A DNA stretch of 63,973 bases, the filler included, from Octopus bimaculoides (lineage: Eukaryota): assembly GCF_001194135.2 (NCBI RefSeq). It is 7 parts of 6 records of this genome, joined end to end, with 100 filler letters (N's around TTAATTAATTAA, not from the genome) between each part and the next. Parts side by side here need not be neighbours in the genome. Positions count along the whole stretch, not along the records: positions 36,797 to 52,238 come from NC_068998.1; positions 52,339 to 57,076 come from NC_068986.1; 5 more parts are not named here. One strand, given 5' to 3'. A program made the position numbers and the translations under genes. Positions 41,424 through 55,087 of the stretch are shown here, one piece after another. Position 1 is the first letter of the stretch. Each line of letters opens with the position of its first letter. The notes beneath the pieces are model-generated. The model was not told the origin of the DNA. It was given only the letters and a program-made list of their open reading frames with translations, and did no database searches.

Positions 41424-41933
41424 ATATTAGTAATGAAGGCAAACTGGAGAGAACAATTTGCGTATTTCACACCTTCATGTCTTAGTTCGAATATTTCATT
41501 ACTTGTATGTTAACTTTGTTCCATGTTGCTGCTGTAATAACCTGTAGACCATATTATAGAATTATTTGTCAAGACTGTTGACTATTCTTCGGTATTTTCA
41601 GCTTAGAAAGTCTCAGACTATATCACCCAATATGTCCGACTTCTTTTGTGTGTGTTACGACGGCGGGGCATGGGGTGGGTGTGTGTGATTTAGCTGCTGT
41701 ATTTATATCATGGCGCGCGAGTATATAGCGACTCATCCAGGGGTTTCTTTTTATATATGGTGTATGTATGCATATATACATAGAAATATATTCATCCATC
41801 CATACATACATATAAATATATTTATATAAAGATAGACAGACATACATTCACGCACACATGCACATATACATATACATACATACCTACATACTTACATACG
41901 TATATTCGTACATATATCTATATATCTTTCTGA

Positions 41934-42042
<109 letters not shown>

Positions 42043-42062
42043 CATTCATACAAATACATATA

Positions 42063-42093
<31 letters not shown>

Positions 42094-42604
42094 CCATGTA
42101 TGCGGATAACTTAAGCATGTTCCCGCGTGTATTTCTGTGTGTGCTGTTGTCTGTAATGTCTCTATGTGACGGGATTGACAGATTTGCAAGGCAATGATGG
42201 GTGTGAAACGGAGAGTATTAGATAAAAAGCTGGAAACATGTCCACTGATAAGAACAAAAAAAAATAATAATAAAATAAAAAATAAAATAAAACAAAAGCA
42301 AAATAGATAAAAAAAAAATAGCATAAAGTGAAAGAAGAGAATGGACGATAACTTGAAATGACCAAAGAATCTCCTTAGAAATATGTTGGCATCTTGCAAA
42401 TGGTAACAAGTTCTAATCAAGGAATGCGTAAAGTAGGTGACTGGAATAGTATGGAACGGTATATTGAATGAATAATGAAGGCGGAGATGTATTCCTTAGA
42501 GGAATCATGCTGAAGTAATTACAGAGTGTGTGAAGTTATTGAGAAGGATGGAGGGAGGGGGAGAGGGGGAGAGAGAGGAGAAGATAGATAGATAGATAGA
42601 CGGA

Positions 42605-42637
<33 letters not shown>

Positions 42638-43490
42638 TAACAGAGAGAGAGAGAGTAACAGAGAGAGAGAGAGAGTAACAGAGAGAGAGAGTAACAGAGA
42701 GAGAGTAACAGAGAGAACTTGACCGGTAAATAAAGAAATAGACATAAGTAAATATATATATATATATATATANNNNNNNNNNNNNNNNNNNNNNNNNNNN
42801 NNNNNNNNNNNNNNNNNNNNNNNNNNNNNNNNNNNNNNNNNNNNNNNNNNNNNNNNNNNNNNNNNNNNNNNNNNNNNNNNNNNNNNNNNNNNNNNNNNNN
42901 NNNNNNNNNNNNNNNNNNNNNNNNNNNNNNNNNNNNNNNNNNNNNNNNNNNNNNNNNNNNNNNNNNNNNNNNNNNNNNNNNNNNNNNNNNNNNNNNNNNN
43001 NNNNNNNNNNNNNNNNNNNNNNNNNNNNNNNNNNNNNNNNNNNNNNNNNNNNNNNNNNNNNNNNNNNNNNNNNNNNNNNNNNNNNNNNNNNNNNNNNNNN
43101 NNNNNNNNNNNNNNNNNNNNNNNNNNNNNNNNNNNNNNNNNNNNNNNNNNNNNNNNNNNNNNNNNNNNNNNNNNNNNNNNNNNNNNNNNNNNNNNNNNNN
43201 NNNNNNNNNNNNNNNNNNNNNNNNNNNNNNNNNNNNNNNNNNNNNNNNNNNNNNNNNNNNNCCCCCCCCCCACTATTGCTGGACAACCGATGCTGGTGTG
43301 TTTACGTACCCGTAACTTAGCGGTTCTGCAAATGGGACCCGATAGAATAAGTACTAGGCTTACAAAGAATAAGTCCTGGGGGGGGGGGCGATTTGCTCGA
43401 CTAAAGGCGGTGCTCCAGCATGGCCGGAGTCAAATAAGTGAAACAAGTAAATGTAAAAGAATATGTGCGTGTGTGTGTTGTGATAGATAA

Positions 43491-43556
<66 letters not shown>

Positions 43557-44063
43557 GGATGGATGGACATAGGTAGATAGACAGAATTTGATGAATGTAA
43601 GAGTCAAAATTAAGTAGTCCTTATCACCGCATTGTTGCTAATACAGCTTTTGCTATTGTTGGTGTTGCAAATGTCACTTGCATCATTAATGCAGTTATCA
43701 GCGGCCATTTTCATTAACGTGACCTTATTTCCTCCTGTCTCTTTTCTTGAATTTATCTCCGTCTTTCAGTAGCGATATCTTCCTCATTAACTTCACCTAA
43801 ACACCAACCCACCTCCGGCGCCCTCCCAACACCATCCCCACTTTAGCGCCGCCTCCTTTTCCTCCTTCGCCATCTTCGTTTCTATCAACGCTCTCAGCAG
43901 TTCTTTCGAAATAGCTTCGCAAAAGGAATTAAAAAAACTTTAATGGCGTTTGTGATACGTGTATGATAGGCCAGAAGATTCAAGACTCGTCTTTATAACT
44001 CCCCGCCGCAACCACACAGATAAACAAGGGCGAGCGAGTGAGAGAGAGAAAGGGAGAAAGAGT

Positions 44064-44101
<38 letters not shown>

Positions 44102-45437
44102 TTTTAAATGTTGGTAAAAGGCCAGTAATTTCGTGGGTGGTGGTAAGTAGATTATCTTGATCCTAGTGTTCAACTGGTACTTACTTTATCGACCCAGAAA
44201 GGATAAAAAAGCAAAGTGGACCTCGGTGGAATTTGAGCTCAGAACGTAAAGACGAAAGCAATGCCTCTAAGCATTTTGTCCAGTGTGCTAACGATTCTGC
44301 CCGCTCGTTGCCTTACTGATAAAGCATTCTTTTCTAATATAGGCACTGGGTCTGAAATTTGGTGGGGGTGGGGGCTAGTTGATTACATCGACCTCAGGGC
44401 TCAACTGGTAGTTTTTTTATTGACCCCGGAAAGGATGAAAGACAAAGTCAAACGCCGCAAAGACGGACGAAATGCCCTGTGCGTGCTAACGATTCTGCCA
44501 GCTTACCGTCTTACATAGGATGTAAACACACCAACACCGGTTGTCAAGCGGTGGCGGGTGACAAACATAGACATGAAGACATATGGATCTAAATTTTGTA
44601 CGACTCTATTATTCTTTCTATTCTTTTACTCTTTCTTTCTTTCTATCATTCCTTTCACATTTACTTCGTTCGTTCCACTCTTCGTTCTTTCGTCCCCCCT
44701 CTCTCACATTTCCTAGCCTTCTCTTCATGCTCACTTTCCCTCCTCTTTCACTTCATTTTGTCCCTTTCATTTTTTCTCGCCCCTCCTTAATTCTTCTATC
44801 CCTCTGCCTCTACCTCTCTCTTCTCTCCCCACGTAGCCGGTGTTCAGCCAAGCCTGACCTTTCTTTCTTGGTTCGACTACCATCTGTGAAACACCTATAT
44901 TCCTCCCTGTGCTTGTCAAATCTTATGTCCTTGCCGTAAGGCTTTACTTCCACACACGCCAGCTTAATTTAATTCGTCCTTAGTCGAAAGACACCTGTTG
45001 TTATGTCCTGTTATTTGCATTTGTATTTGTGTAACATTTCTCCGTTTTTTTTTTCGTCCTTGTTTTCGTACACATTCGCTGCTTTCTTCCAAGAAATCTA
45101 ATGCTCTTAGCTTAGTTTTTCCTTGGGGCTGGCCAGATTGGCGCAATCTCAAGCATAACAGCAGAAATTGCAAAGATAATCTAGAACTCGACTGAAGATA
45201 GAAAACTCCGAATGACCCGTCCTTGTTTTCTTTTTATCGTCTGTCTGGATGTTTTGCGTTCTTGTTCCATTTTTGTATCGACCCCCCTTGTTTCACTGGT
45301 ACTTAATTTATCGACCCCGAAAGGATAAAAAGCAAAGTTGACCTCAGTGGAATTTGAACTCAGAGTAAAGCGACGGGAGAGATATCGCTAAGCATTTCGT
45401 CCGGCGTGCTAACGGTTCTGCCAGCTCGCTGCCTATC

Positions 45438-45640
<203 letters not shown>

Positions 45641-46185
45641 AATGATAAAATATACCGAGAAGTCTTCATATAGCTGATCACATTTGTAGATATTTAATTA
45701 GTTTTGTGGTCTAGTTTACTCCGCTAGATAAACTTCGACAACAACAAGAAGAAAGATAGCAACAACAACAAGAAGAAAAATAGCAACAACAACAAAAACG
45801 AAAATAAAGATTCGATGCAAACGCCAATAATATATGTATGTATGTATGTATGCATGTATGCGTGTATGTATGTGTGTATGTATGTGTGTATGGCGGAGAA
45901 ATGGAGAAATTTGGAATGAATGATACGACGGGTTTAATATATAAAAGAGACAACGAACCTATATACACCTTACACTTAGATACATATTCCAATCACATGC
46001 CGAAGATCCAAACAAATAGGGGATGGGTGTGTGTGTGTGTGTGTGTGTGTGTTATTAGATATGGATGCACGAATGTCGCCGAGGAATGGCGAAGATAAAA
46101 ACAAGAGCGGAAAAAGATAAAATAAATAAATATACGGAATAATGTCGATAATCGAATAAAAACCAGCACGTCTCTACCACCAGCA

Positions 46186-46232
<47 letters not shown>

Positions 46233-46339
46233 GGAACAAGACTTGCTCTTCACCTCGACATAGTATCTCCTACATATCTTCATTTTATTTAATAAATAAA
46301 CCTCGTATCAACACACACGCACACGCATACATGTATGCA

Positions 46340-46376
<37 letters not shown>

Positions 46377-46629
46377 CTATGTATGTATGTGTATCCCTGT
46401 TATATATATATATATATATATATACATGTGTGCGTGTGTGTGTGTGTGTGTTTGTACAAATGCGTATGATTGTGACAAGTTCAAATGTATGCATGTATTC
46501 TTGTATATATTACATTTGAATGCAAATATTCAACTTCTTTCACATACACACTGCTAGGCATGAATGAATCTCGCTCTCTCTTTCCCTTTTTTGTGTATAT
46601 ACATGCATACATACCTACATACACACACA

Positions 46630-46674
<45 letters not shown>

Positions 46675-46775
46675 GTCTGTCTATCTGTCTGTCTGTCTGT
46701 CTGCCTGCCTGTCTGTCTGTCTATCTATCTATCTATTTATCTATCTATCTGTCTGTCTGTCTGTCTATCTCTCGA

Positions 46776-46846
<71 letters not shown>

Positions 46847-46850
46847 ATCA

Positions 46851-46886
<36 letters not shown>

Positions 46887-47004
46887 CATACATACATATA
46901 TACATATGTGTGCGCATGCTTTTATGGGTATCGCTATGCAAATATATGAATATATATGCATACATTAGTACAAAAGCACACTCATGCACGCACTCACGCA
47001 GAGG

Positions 47005-47036
<32 letters not shown>

Positions 47037-47224
47037 TGAAGGAGGGGAGAAAGAGAGAGGTAGTGATTGACACACACACACACACACACAGACATGTGCA
47101 TACGTAATTAGATTTGCATGAGATCAATTTTGAAAATGTCACCAATATCCTTAGTCTCTCCAAAAATATGCACCACTTTTCTTGGTTTCCGAAAATTATT
47201 CCATCTTTCTCAGCGGTTTTATCA

Positions 47225-47242
47225 CACCTCTCTCTCTCTCTC

Positions 47243-47292
<50 letters not shown>

Positions 47293-47655
47293 TTTCTCTC
47301 TCTCTTCCCTCTTTCTCTTTCCTCCTCCTCTTTCACTCTCTCCCACTCTCTCTCTCTCTGTCTCCTCCTCTCTGTCTCTTTCTGTCTCAGTCTCTCTCTC
47401 TCTCTCTCCCACTTTCTCTTTCCTCTTCCTCTTTCACTCTCTCCATCTCTCTCTTCCCCTTGTTTCTTTCTCACTATCTCTCTTTCACTTCATCTCTCTT
47501 TCTCCACCCTTCTGTCTGTCTGTCTGTCTCTGTCTCTCTCCCTCTCTCTCTCTCTCTTGTTTTCTCTCTTTTCTCCACACCGTGTCTTTTTCTTCAAAAT
47601 AACGCATTTTGTTTTTCTCATATGCTGTCATCATCTCACTATATTTTCACTCTCT

Positions 47656-47692
<37 letters not shown>

Positions 47693-47935
47693 CTCCTCTC
47701 TGTCTCTTTCTATCTCTGTCTGTCTCTCTCTCTGTATCCTCCTCTTTCTCTCTCTCTCTCTCTGTCTGCATCTCCCAGTTACATTATCCGTTTCTGTCAC
47801 TTTTCCATAAGCTCAATCACAGTCTCTCCTTTTTCTCTTTCTGGATTTCCCACTCCCCCCCCCCNNNNNNNNNNNNNNNNNNNNCCCCCCCCTCTCTCTT
47901 TCTCTCTCTCTCTCTCTCCCCTCTCTCTCTCATTC
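47225..47935. repeat. Long degenerate (CT)n polypyrimidine tract with an internal duplication
   Basis: About 700 bp of almost pure C/T on the + strand; block 47320-47390 recurs near 47645-47715. Confidence 0.9.
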
Positions 47936-48092
47936 GATCTCCCTCACTCGTATAGGATTATAAAACGCCCTTGCTGAAAAATCCTGTTAGCTCAACTTAA
48001 TTTCACGATAACAACAACAGCAACTACTACTACTACTACTACTACTACTATTACTACTACTACTACTACCACTACTACTACTACCATTGCTG

Positions 48093-48135
<43 letters not shown>

Positions 48136-48151
48136 AAAAGCAAAACCAATG

Positions 48152-48193
<42 letters not shown>

Positions 48194-48317
48194 ACAATGA
48201 TAATAATAATGATAATGATAATAATAATAATCATAAATAACAACAAAGAAAAATGAACAATATAAATAAAAAAAATACTTATAGGAATATCTGCAAAACC
48301 ATAATATTGATGACGAC

Positions 48318-48362
<45 letters not shown>

Positions 48363-48397
48363 GACGACTGACTTCAATAATAATAATAATAATAATG

Positions 48398-48437
<40 letters not shown>

Positions 48438-49367
48438 AGAAGAAGAAGAAGAAGAAGAAGAAGAAGAAGAAGAAGAAGAAGAAGAAGNNNNNNNNNNNNN
48501 NNNNNNNNNNNNNNNNNNNNNNNNNNNNNNNNNNNNNNNNNNNNNNNNNNNNNNNNNNNNNNNNNNNNNNNNNNNNNNNNNNNNNNNNNNNNNNNNNNNN
48601 NNNNNNNNNNNNNNNNNNNNNNNNNNNNNNNNNNNNNNNNNNNNNNNNNNNNNNNNNNNNNNNNNNNNNNNNNNNNNNNNNNNNNNNNNNNNNNNNNNNN
48701 NNNNNNNNNNNNNNNNNNNNNNNNNNNNNNNNNNNNNNNNNNNNNNNNNNNNNNNNNNNNNNNNNNNNNNNNNNNNNNNNNNNNNNNNNNNNNNNNNNNN
48801 NNNNNNNNNNNNNNNNNNNNNNNNNNNNNNNNNNNNNNNNNNNNNNNNNNNNNNNNNNNNNNNNNNNNNNNNNNNNNNNNNNNNNNNNNNNNNNNNNNNN
48901 NNNNNNNNNNNNNNNNNNNNNNNNNNNNNNNNNNNNNNNNNNNNNNNNNNNNNNNNNNNNNNNNNNNNNNNNNNNNNNNNNNNNNNNNNNNNNNNNNNNN
49001 NNNNNNNNNNNNNNNNNNNNNNNNNNNNNNNNNNNNNNNNNNNNNNNNNNNNNNNNNNNNNNNNNNNNNNNNNNNNNNNNNNNNNNNNNNNNNNNNNNNN
49101 NNNNNNNNNNNNNNNNNNNNNNNNNNNNNNNNNNNNNNNNNNNNNNNNNNNNNNNNNNNNNNNNNNNNNNNNNNNNNNNNNNNNNNNNNNNNNNNNNNNN
49201 NNNNNNNNNNNNNNNNNNNNNNNNNNNNNNNNNNNNNNNNNNNNNNNNNNNNNNNNNNNNNNNNNNNNNNNNNNNNNNNNNNNNNNNNNNNNNNNNNNNN
49301 NNNNNNNNNNNNNNNNNNNNNNNNNNNNNNNNNNNNNNNNNNNNNNNNNNNNNNNNNNNNNNNNNNN

Positions 49368-49414
<47 letters not shown>

Positions 49415-50980
49415 GTGTGTGTGTGTAAGTACATTTGAACAATTCGTTCAAGTTTTATTCCGATGGAAACTTGTCTTTCTAATGCAAAGCGTTTCTACCT
49501 TGGAAATCACTTTTTCTGCCATTGGGAGACTCACATAGAAATGTATTGCATTCCAAATGATCACTTAACTTTATGCCGCTGAATATTACTTTTGTAACCG
49601 CATCAATTTTTATCTATCTATCTATCTATCTATCTCTCTATTCATCAATCTATCTATCTATCTATATATATATTTATCTATCTATCTATCTATCTTATTT
49701 CTTTATTGCCCACAAGGGGCTAAACATAGAGGGGACAAACAAGGACAGACAGAATGGATTAAGTCGATTACATCGACCCCAGTGCGTAACTGGTACTTAA
49801 TTTATCCACCCCGAAAGGATGAAAGGCAAAGTCGACCTCGGCGGAATTTGAACTCAGAACGTAAAGGCAGACGAAATACCGCTAAGCATTTTGTCTAGCG
49901 TGCCAACTCGCCGCCTTATCTATCTATCTATCTATCTATCCCTATNNNNNNNNNNNNNNNNNNNNNNNNNNNNNNNNNNNNNNNNNNNNNNNNNNNNNNN
50001 NNNNNNNNNNNNNNNNNNNNNNNNNNNNNNNNNNNNNNNNNNNNNNNNNNNNNNNNNNNNNNNNNNNNNNNNNNNNNNNNNNNNNNNNNNNNNNNNNNNN
50101 NNNNNNNNNNNNNNNNNNNNNNNNNNNNNNNNNNNNNNNNNNNNNNNNNNNNNNNNNNNNNNNNNNNNNNNNNNNNNNNNNNNNNNNNNNNNNNNNNNNN
50201 NNNNNNNNNNNNNNNNNNNNNNNNNNNNNNNNNNNNNNNNNNNNNNNNNNNNNNNNNNNNNNNNNNNNNNNNNNNNNNNNNNNNNNNNNNNNNNNNNNNN
50301 NNNNNNNNNNNNNNNNNNNNNNNNNNNNNNNNNNNNNNNNNNNNNNNNNNNNNNNNNNNNNNNNNNNNNNNNNNNNNNNNNNNNNNNNNNNNNNNTATAT
50401 ATATATATATATATATGCACGTGTACATATATATGTATATATGTATATACATTTGTCTTTGGATTTGGTGTATATATATTTTTATTCAAGAAAAAGTGAG
50501 CGCGCGTGAATGCATGCCAGGCAATAGTTTAATTTTTAAACATTCTAAATCCTGTCTTCCGAATGTGGACAACTCTAGTTATTTTCTTCTACATGTTAAG
50601 GGCGATCATTAGTGCCTCTTATTTGCATTTGAGCAGCTTTTCAATGCTCTAAATTACAATCGAAAGCAAATTTCCTTCCTCTTTTGTCAGATTAAAGCTT
50701 AGAATTTTGCAATAAAATGTCGGCGAGTCATTCTGCAATTATAATATAATATCACGTGAGCCCGTTTTCGCCATTTTTTTTTTTTTTTGTATCTTATAGT
50801 TTAGTGAGTGATTCTTTTTTATAGTTACCTTTTTCATTTAATCAACTTCACAAAAACACTTATTTTGATATTTTTCAATTCTACAAAATTACGATATCAA
50901 ACAACATATGTGTATATGTAAACATAAATATACATACACTTTTTATGTACACGGACACACAGACACGAATACACACACAA

Positions 50981-51030
<50 letters not shown>

Positions 51031-51060
51031 ATCTGTATATTAAAAGAAACCCCCTAAACC

Positions 51061-51454
51061 TTACTCTCTTTACTCCCTTTTACTCTTTTACTTGTTTCAG
51101 TCATTTGACTGCGGCCATGCTGGAGCACCGCCTTTAGTCGAGCAAGTCGACTCCGAGCCTTATTCTTTGTAAGCTTAGTACTTATTCCATCGGTCTCTTT
51201 TTGCCGAACCGCTAAGTGACGGTTGTCAAGCAATGCTAGGGGACAAACATAGACACACAAACACACACATATATATACACATATATATATACGACTGGCT
51301 TCTTTCAGTTTCTGTCTACCAAATCCACTCACAAGGCTTTGGTCGGCCCGAGGCTTTAGTAGAAGACACTTGCCCAAGATGTCACGCAGTGGGACTGAAC
51401 CCGGAACCATGTGGTTGGTAAGCAAGCTACTTACCACACAGCCACTCCTGCGCC
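51061..51454 (-). mobile_element. SINE family A, near full-length
   Basis: Reverse complement of 61957-62359, including the tail repeats. Confidence 0.85.
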
Positions 51455-52550
51455 TACAAGCAAAAGTGTGGAGTCTATTGAACGGGGACTCAGGGACTTA
51501 TTGACGTAATGATTGGATCTGTAACGGCTTAAGTCTAACACCTTAGGTTTCATGGATAAACACCATGAAAACTGTCCTGGCCCTGGGTTAAACAACCTTA
51601 CACCCTCCACCTCCAACTCATCAGCACCTTTACCAGGAACAACAACCGTGAGCCAAAAACAAGGCTTCTAATTGGGTCTATCGATCTTTCTAAAATAGCG
51701 GCCAAATCTCATTCTAATCACACGCCGCTGCCTTAAGTTAGAAAGACACATAAGATAATAATGTAGTTGGAGATGGACGGTGTCCGAAAAATCGATGGCT
51801 GGAATGCCTTTGATCATCGGTCTTCGCGATAAGGTAAGACCTCAGGCTATACTACAATAACACCAACTAAATCATTATGACACACACACATATACACACA
51901 CACGCACACACGCACACATACTTGCGAATGCATACACACAGACACGGACCCACGGTCACTCTCGCATGCAAAAATATAAAGATATGGTCATATGTGTATA
52001 TATTTATATATACGCATATGAATACCGACAGATATCTCATGATATCTCTGCTTCTGTGTGTAATTGTACGTACGTACGTACGTACGTATGTATGTATGTA
52101 TGTATGTATGTATTTATACACACACACACATATATGTATACAGACATATACACACACGTACCTACGTGTGTACATATATGTAAATGAATATATATATGGG
52201 TGTGTGTGTGCTTATGTATGTACATATACATATGCACANNNNNNNNNNNNNNNNNNNNNNNNNNNNNNNNNNNNNNNNNNNNTTAATTAATTAANNNNNN
52301 NNNNNNNNNNNNNNNNNNNNNNNNNNNNNNNNNNNNNNCTCAAGAGTGGGCAGCAAAAAAAAACCTATTTTGTATATGCTTCACAAGGGAAAACAAGGAA
52401 CATTGTTTACAACGAGGTGTTATAATCACAACAGCAAGAAAGTATGTACATGATCACCTTCTTTTACGAAACTTCATTGACTTTCATATATTTATATTGA
52501 TATACATATACATATATATACGTGTGTTTGGGTGCGTGTGTTTATATACA

Positions 52551-52641
52551 TCTCTATATATAAAGATGATGCGTAGTCTAGACGGCGTTTTTAGATTTCA
52601 TTATTCTCTTTAACCCGGGCAACGCCGGGTATTTCTGCTAG
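52551..52641 (+). mobile_element. Non-autonomous mini-Helitron (91 bp)
   Basis: A|TCTCTATATATAAAG...CCCGG-GCAACG-CCGGG-tatttctg-CTAG|T: 5' TC, subterminal hairpin, 3' CTAG, inserted between A and T. Confidence 0.8.
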
Positions 52642-53599
52642 TTTTATATATATAAGAGAGTGACTGATCAAGGCTTGGATAATTCTTATTATGGCTCTAC
52701 TCAGTCTATGTTTATCTGGAATTGAACAACACTTTGATATTTATTCTTCTGGTATTTCTAAATTACATGACTCTCCTATCAGTGAGGATGGATAATCCAT
52801 ACAACAAAATGTTAACCAAGATACTTCATTGTACCTGTATGACATTTGTTCTGTGTTCAAATCTTAATCTATTACCTGATTTATGATTCTATCCAGTTTC
52901 CTGGGTAACTTTAGGGGTGTACACTTTGTTACAAGCATTCAGGTCAGAAAACCAGTCTGAGCATAACTTTTTCTTAGAAGTTCTGTAAAAAAAGTTTTAA
53001 GTGCTACTCTTCCTCCTTTAAGTCATGAAAAAAAAATCTTTAATAATCTCTAGTTTTGATAAAACTGTAAGAAATGACTGTGCAAACCAAGGAGAAATGG
53101 TGACGAATGGAAACAAGCTCCTTTTAACGCACTGCACGGTCGACACAATATATAATATACATAAGAGAAATCACATGTGAAATGCGAGGAAATGCCAGCA
53201 AGGAAAGAGAGTGACACAACCGTTAAAGATATATAAAAAGTAAGTTTTATTAGAATAGTAAACTGTGTGTCTGTGTGTGCGTGAATGTGGCATAATAATA
53301 ATAACACAATATATACGACAGGCCATCATGTGAACAAGTGTGTGTGTGTGTTATACAAATATGTGTATGTGTGAATGAGAGATACAGAGCATGGAAAAGA
53401 GTCTGTAACCTGGACGATAAGTGTTCTGAACACAAAGATAAGAAAATACCAGTTCATAGTTGAGGTACAAAGTAGATTGAAAGTCTGTATATAAGAGGTT
53501 GTGGCTTCAAGGCAGAGCTAAGTCACATGCTTTCTTAAAATCTTACTGAAAAGCAAGTAAAAATCTTTAACCTCCTACAGACAAATTACATCATTGTTT

Positions 53600-54170
53600 A
53601 TGTCTAATTTCCCATGAATTTGTGTTTGGTTGACTTTTCTTGAGTGCTGAACCTCAGGGAGATCACAAGCCAAGTTCCAGCAATAGTTATATGCAAGTCC
53701 CATCTGCCTTGATAGCTTTGTCCCATTGACTTTATGTTCCCTGAAAATCTTGGTGACACAAGTGTTGAGCAGGGAGAACGTTTTCATTGGAATTTATCAA
53801 GGTCACTGTGGAGATAGTGCAGCTTTATGCTCAAAATTTGCTTTTGAAAGTTTTCTAGCATGCTGTCAACTATTTCAGCATAGTTTACTACTTTCTTGTT
53901 GCCCAGAAAGTCATTTACAACTATTATAAACGAATTCCATGCTGCTGCTTCAATGCAATTCATTGAAATTACCAAGTTCCCATTTTTCATCAATTTACTG
54001 ATCTGAGGCCCATCAAATACTCCAGATTTTATCTTTTCACTGCTTACTCTGCAAAATGTGCTACAGATATAGTGAAAGTAACAAACTGCTTCATAATTCC
54101 AAGTTTGATATGGAGTGTAGGTAGAATGATTTTTCTCGGCTGAACTAAAGGCTCTTCAACCACATTAAAA
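53600..54170 (-). mobile_element. Chapaev(3)-like DNA transposase remnant, C-terminal part
   Basis: Reads NVVEEPLVQPRKIILPTLHIKLGIMKQFV, EKIKSGVFDGPQISKLMK, FLGNKK..NY, SIKLHYLHS.LD.F, [PENLG.TS.EQGERFH, inverted], YQGRW..YCWNL. The transposase motifs are clear; the superfamily name is from memory. Confidence 0.72.
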
Positions 54171-54632
54171 GACTCTACAGTTAATGTTGCAATCATATTT
54201 TCTTGTTTATTGTATTGTTGCACTTTAATCTTAGGTCAATCCTCATTGACCTAAGATCAAAGATATTTCGTTTGACTTTTAAAATGTGCTAGGGTACCAC
54301 ATTATCTCTTGTCACTGTCATTTATTTTAGATAGTTGCTTATCTTGTTCATATTATTATTGTTGTTGTTGGTCATTAAGGAGTGGGTAGGTTGGTAATAG
54401 TGGTGGTTGTATAGGCCTCTGACGCTCAAACCTATACAACCACCACTATCACCAACCCACCAACTCCTTAATGACCAACAATAACAACAATAATATGAAC
54501 ACGATAAGTAACTTTATCTAGTGTGTTTTAAAAGTTGATCTTAGGTCAATGAGGATTAACCTAAGATTAAGTACAACAATAATACAATTAACAAGAACAA
54601 TATGACTGCAACATTAGCTCCAGTAGAGCTTT
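54167..54632. repeat. Long imperfect foldback (inverted repeat) with nested hairpins
   Basis: Arms of ~200-250 bp pair around a 15-nt loop (54416-54430). Each arm contains ATCTTAGGTCAAT-N4-ATTGACCTAAGAT (54228-54257; near-perfect copy at 54538-54567). Confidence 0.9.
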
Positions 54633-54773
54633 GTGTGTATATGTGTGTATCTGACAACTTTTTTCTATGTTCTAAAAGTAAATATCTAATCTTTCTTAAC
54701 TGTTTTTAAAGCTATTTTGCATTTGAAATTTACTTTCTTGTATGTAAAATAGCACTTCTAAATAAAGTTTGTT

Positions 54774-54815
<42 letters not shown>

Positions 54816-54825
54816 NNNNNNNNNN

Positions 54826-55010
54826 TGTAACACTTATTCGTTAGTCATGATAAAACTCCGAGTTTCGGATGCCTACCACATCGATTATTCTATGAAAAAC
54901 AGACCAATACCATCAAGGGAAATATACTCTAAGAAACTTTTGGAGAAAATTACACTACCCTCGGCATCCGAAACTCGGAGTTTTATCATGGCTAACGAAT
55001 AAGTGTCACA
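54826..55010. mobile_element. 185-bp element bounded by 48-bp inverted repeats (MITE-like, or inverted hammerhead-type Penelope fragments)
   Basis: TGTAACACTTATTCGTTAGTCATGATAAAACTCCGAGTTTCGGATGCC (54826-54873) matches the revcomp of 54963-55010 with 2 mismatches. Confidence 0.7.
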
Positions 55011-55054
55011 TATTTTTACAGATGTATATATATGTGTATATATATATATATATA

Positions 55055-55087
<33 letters not shown>

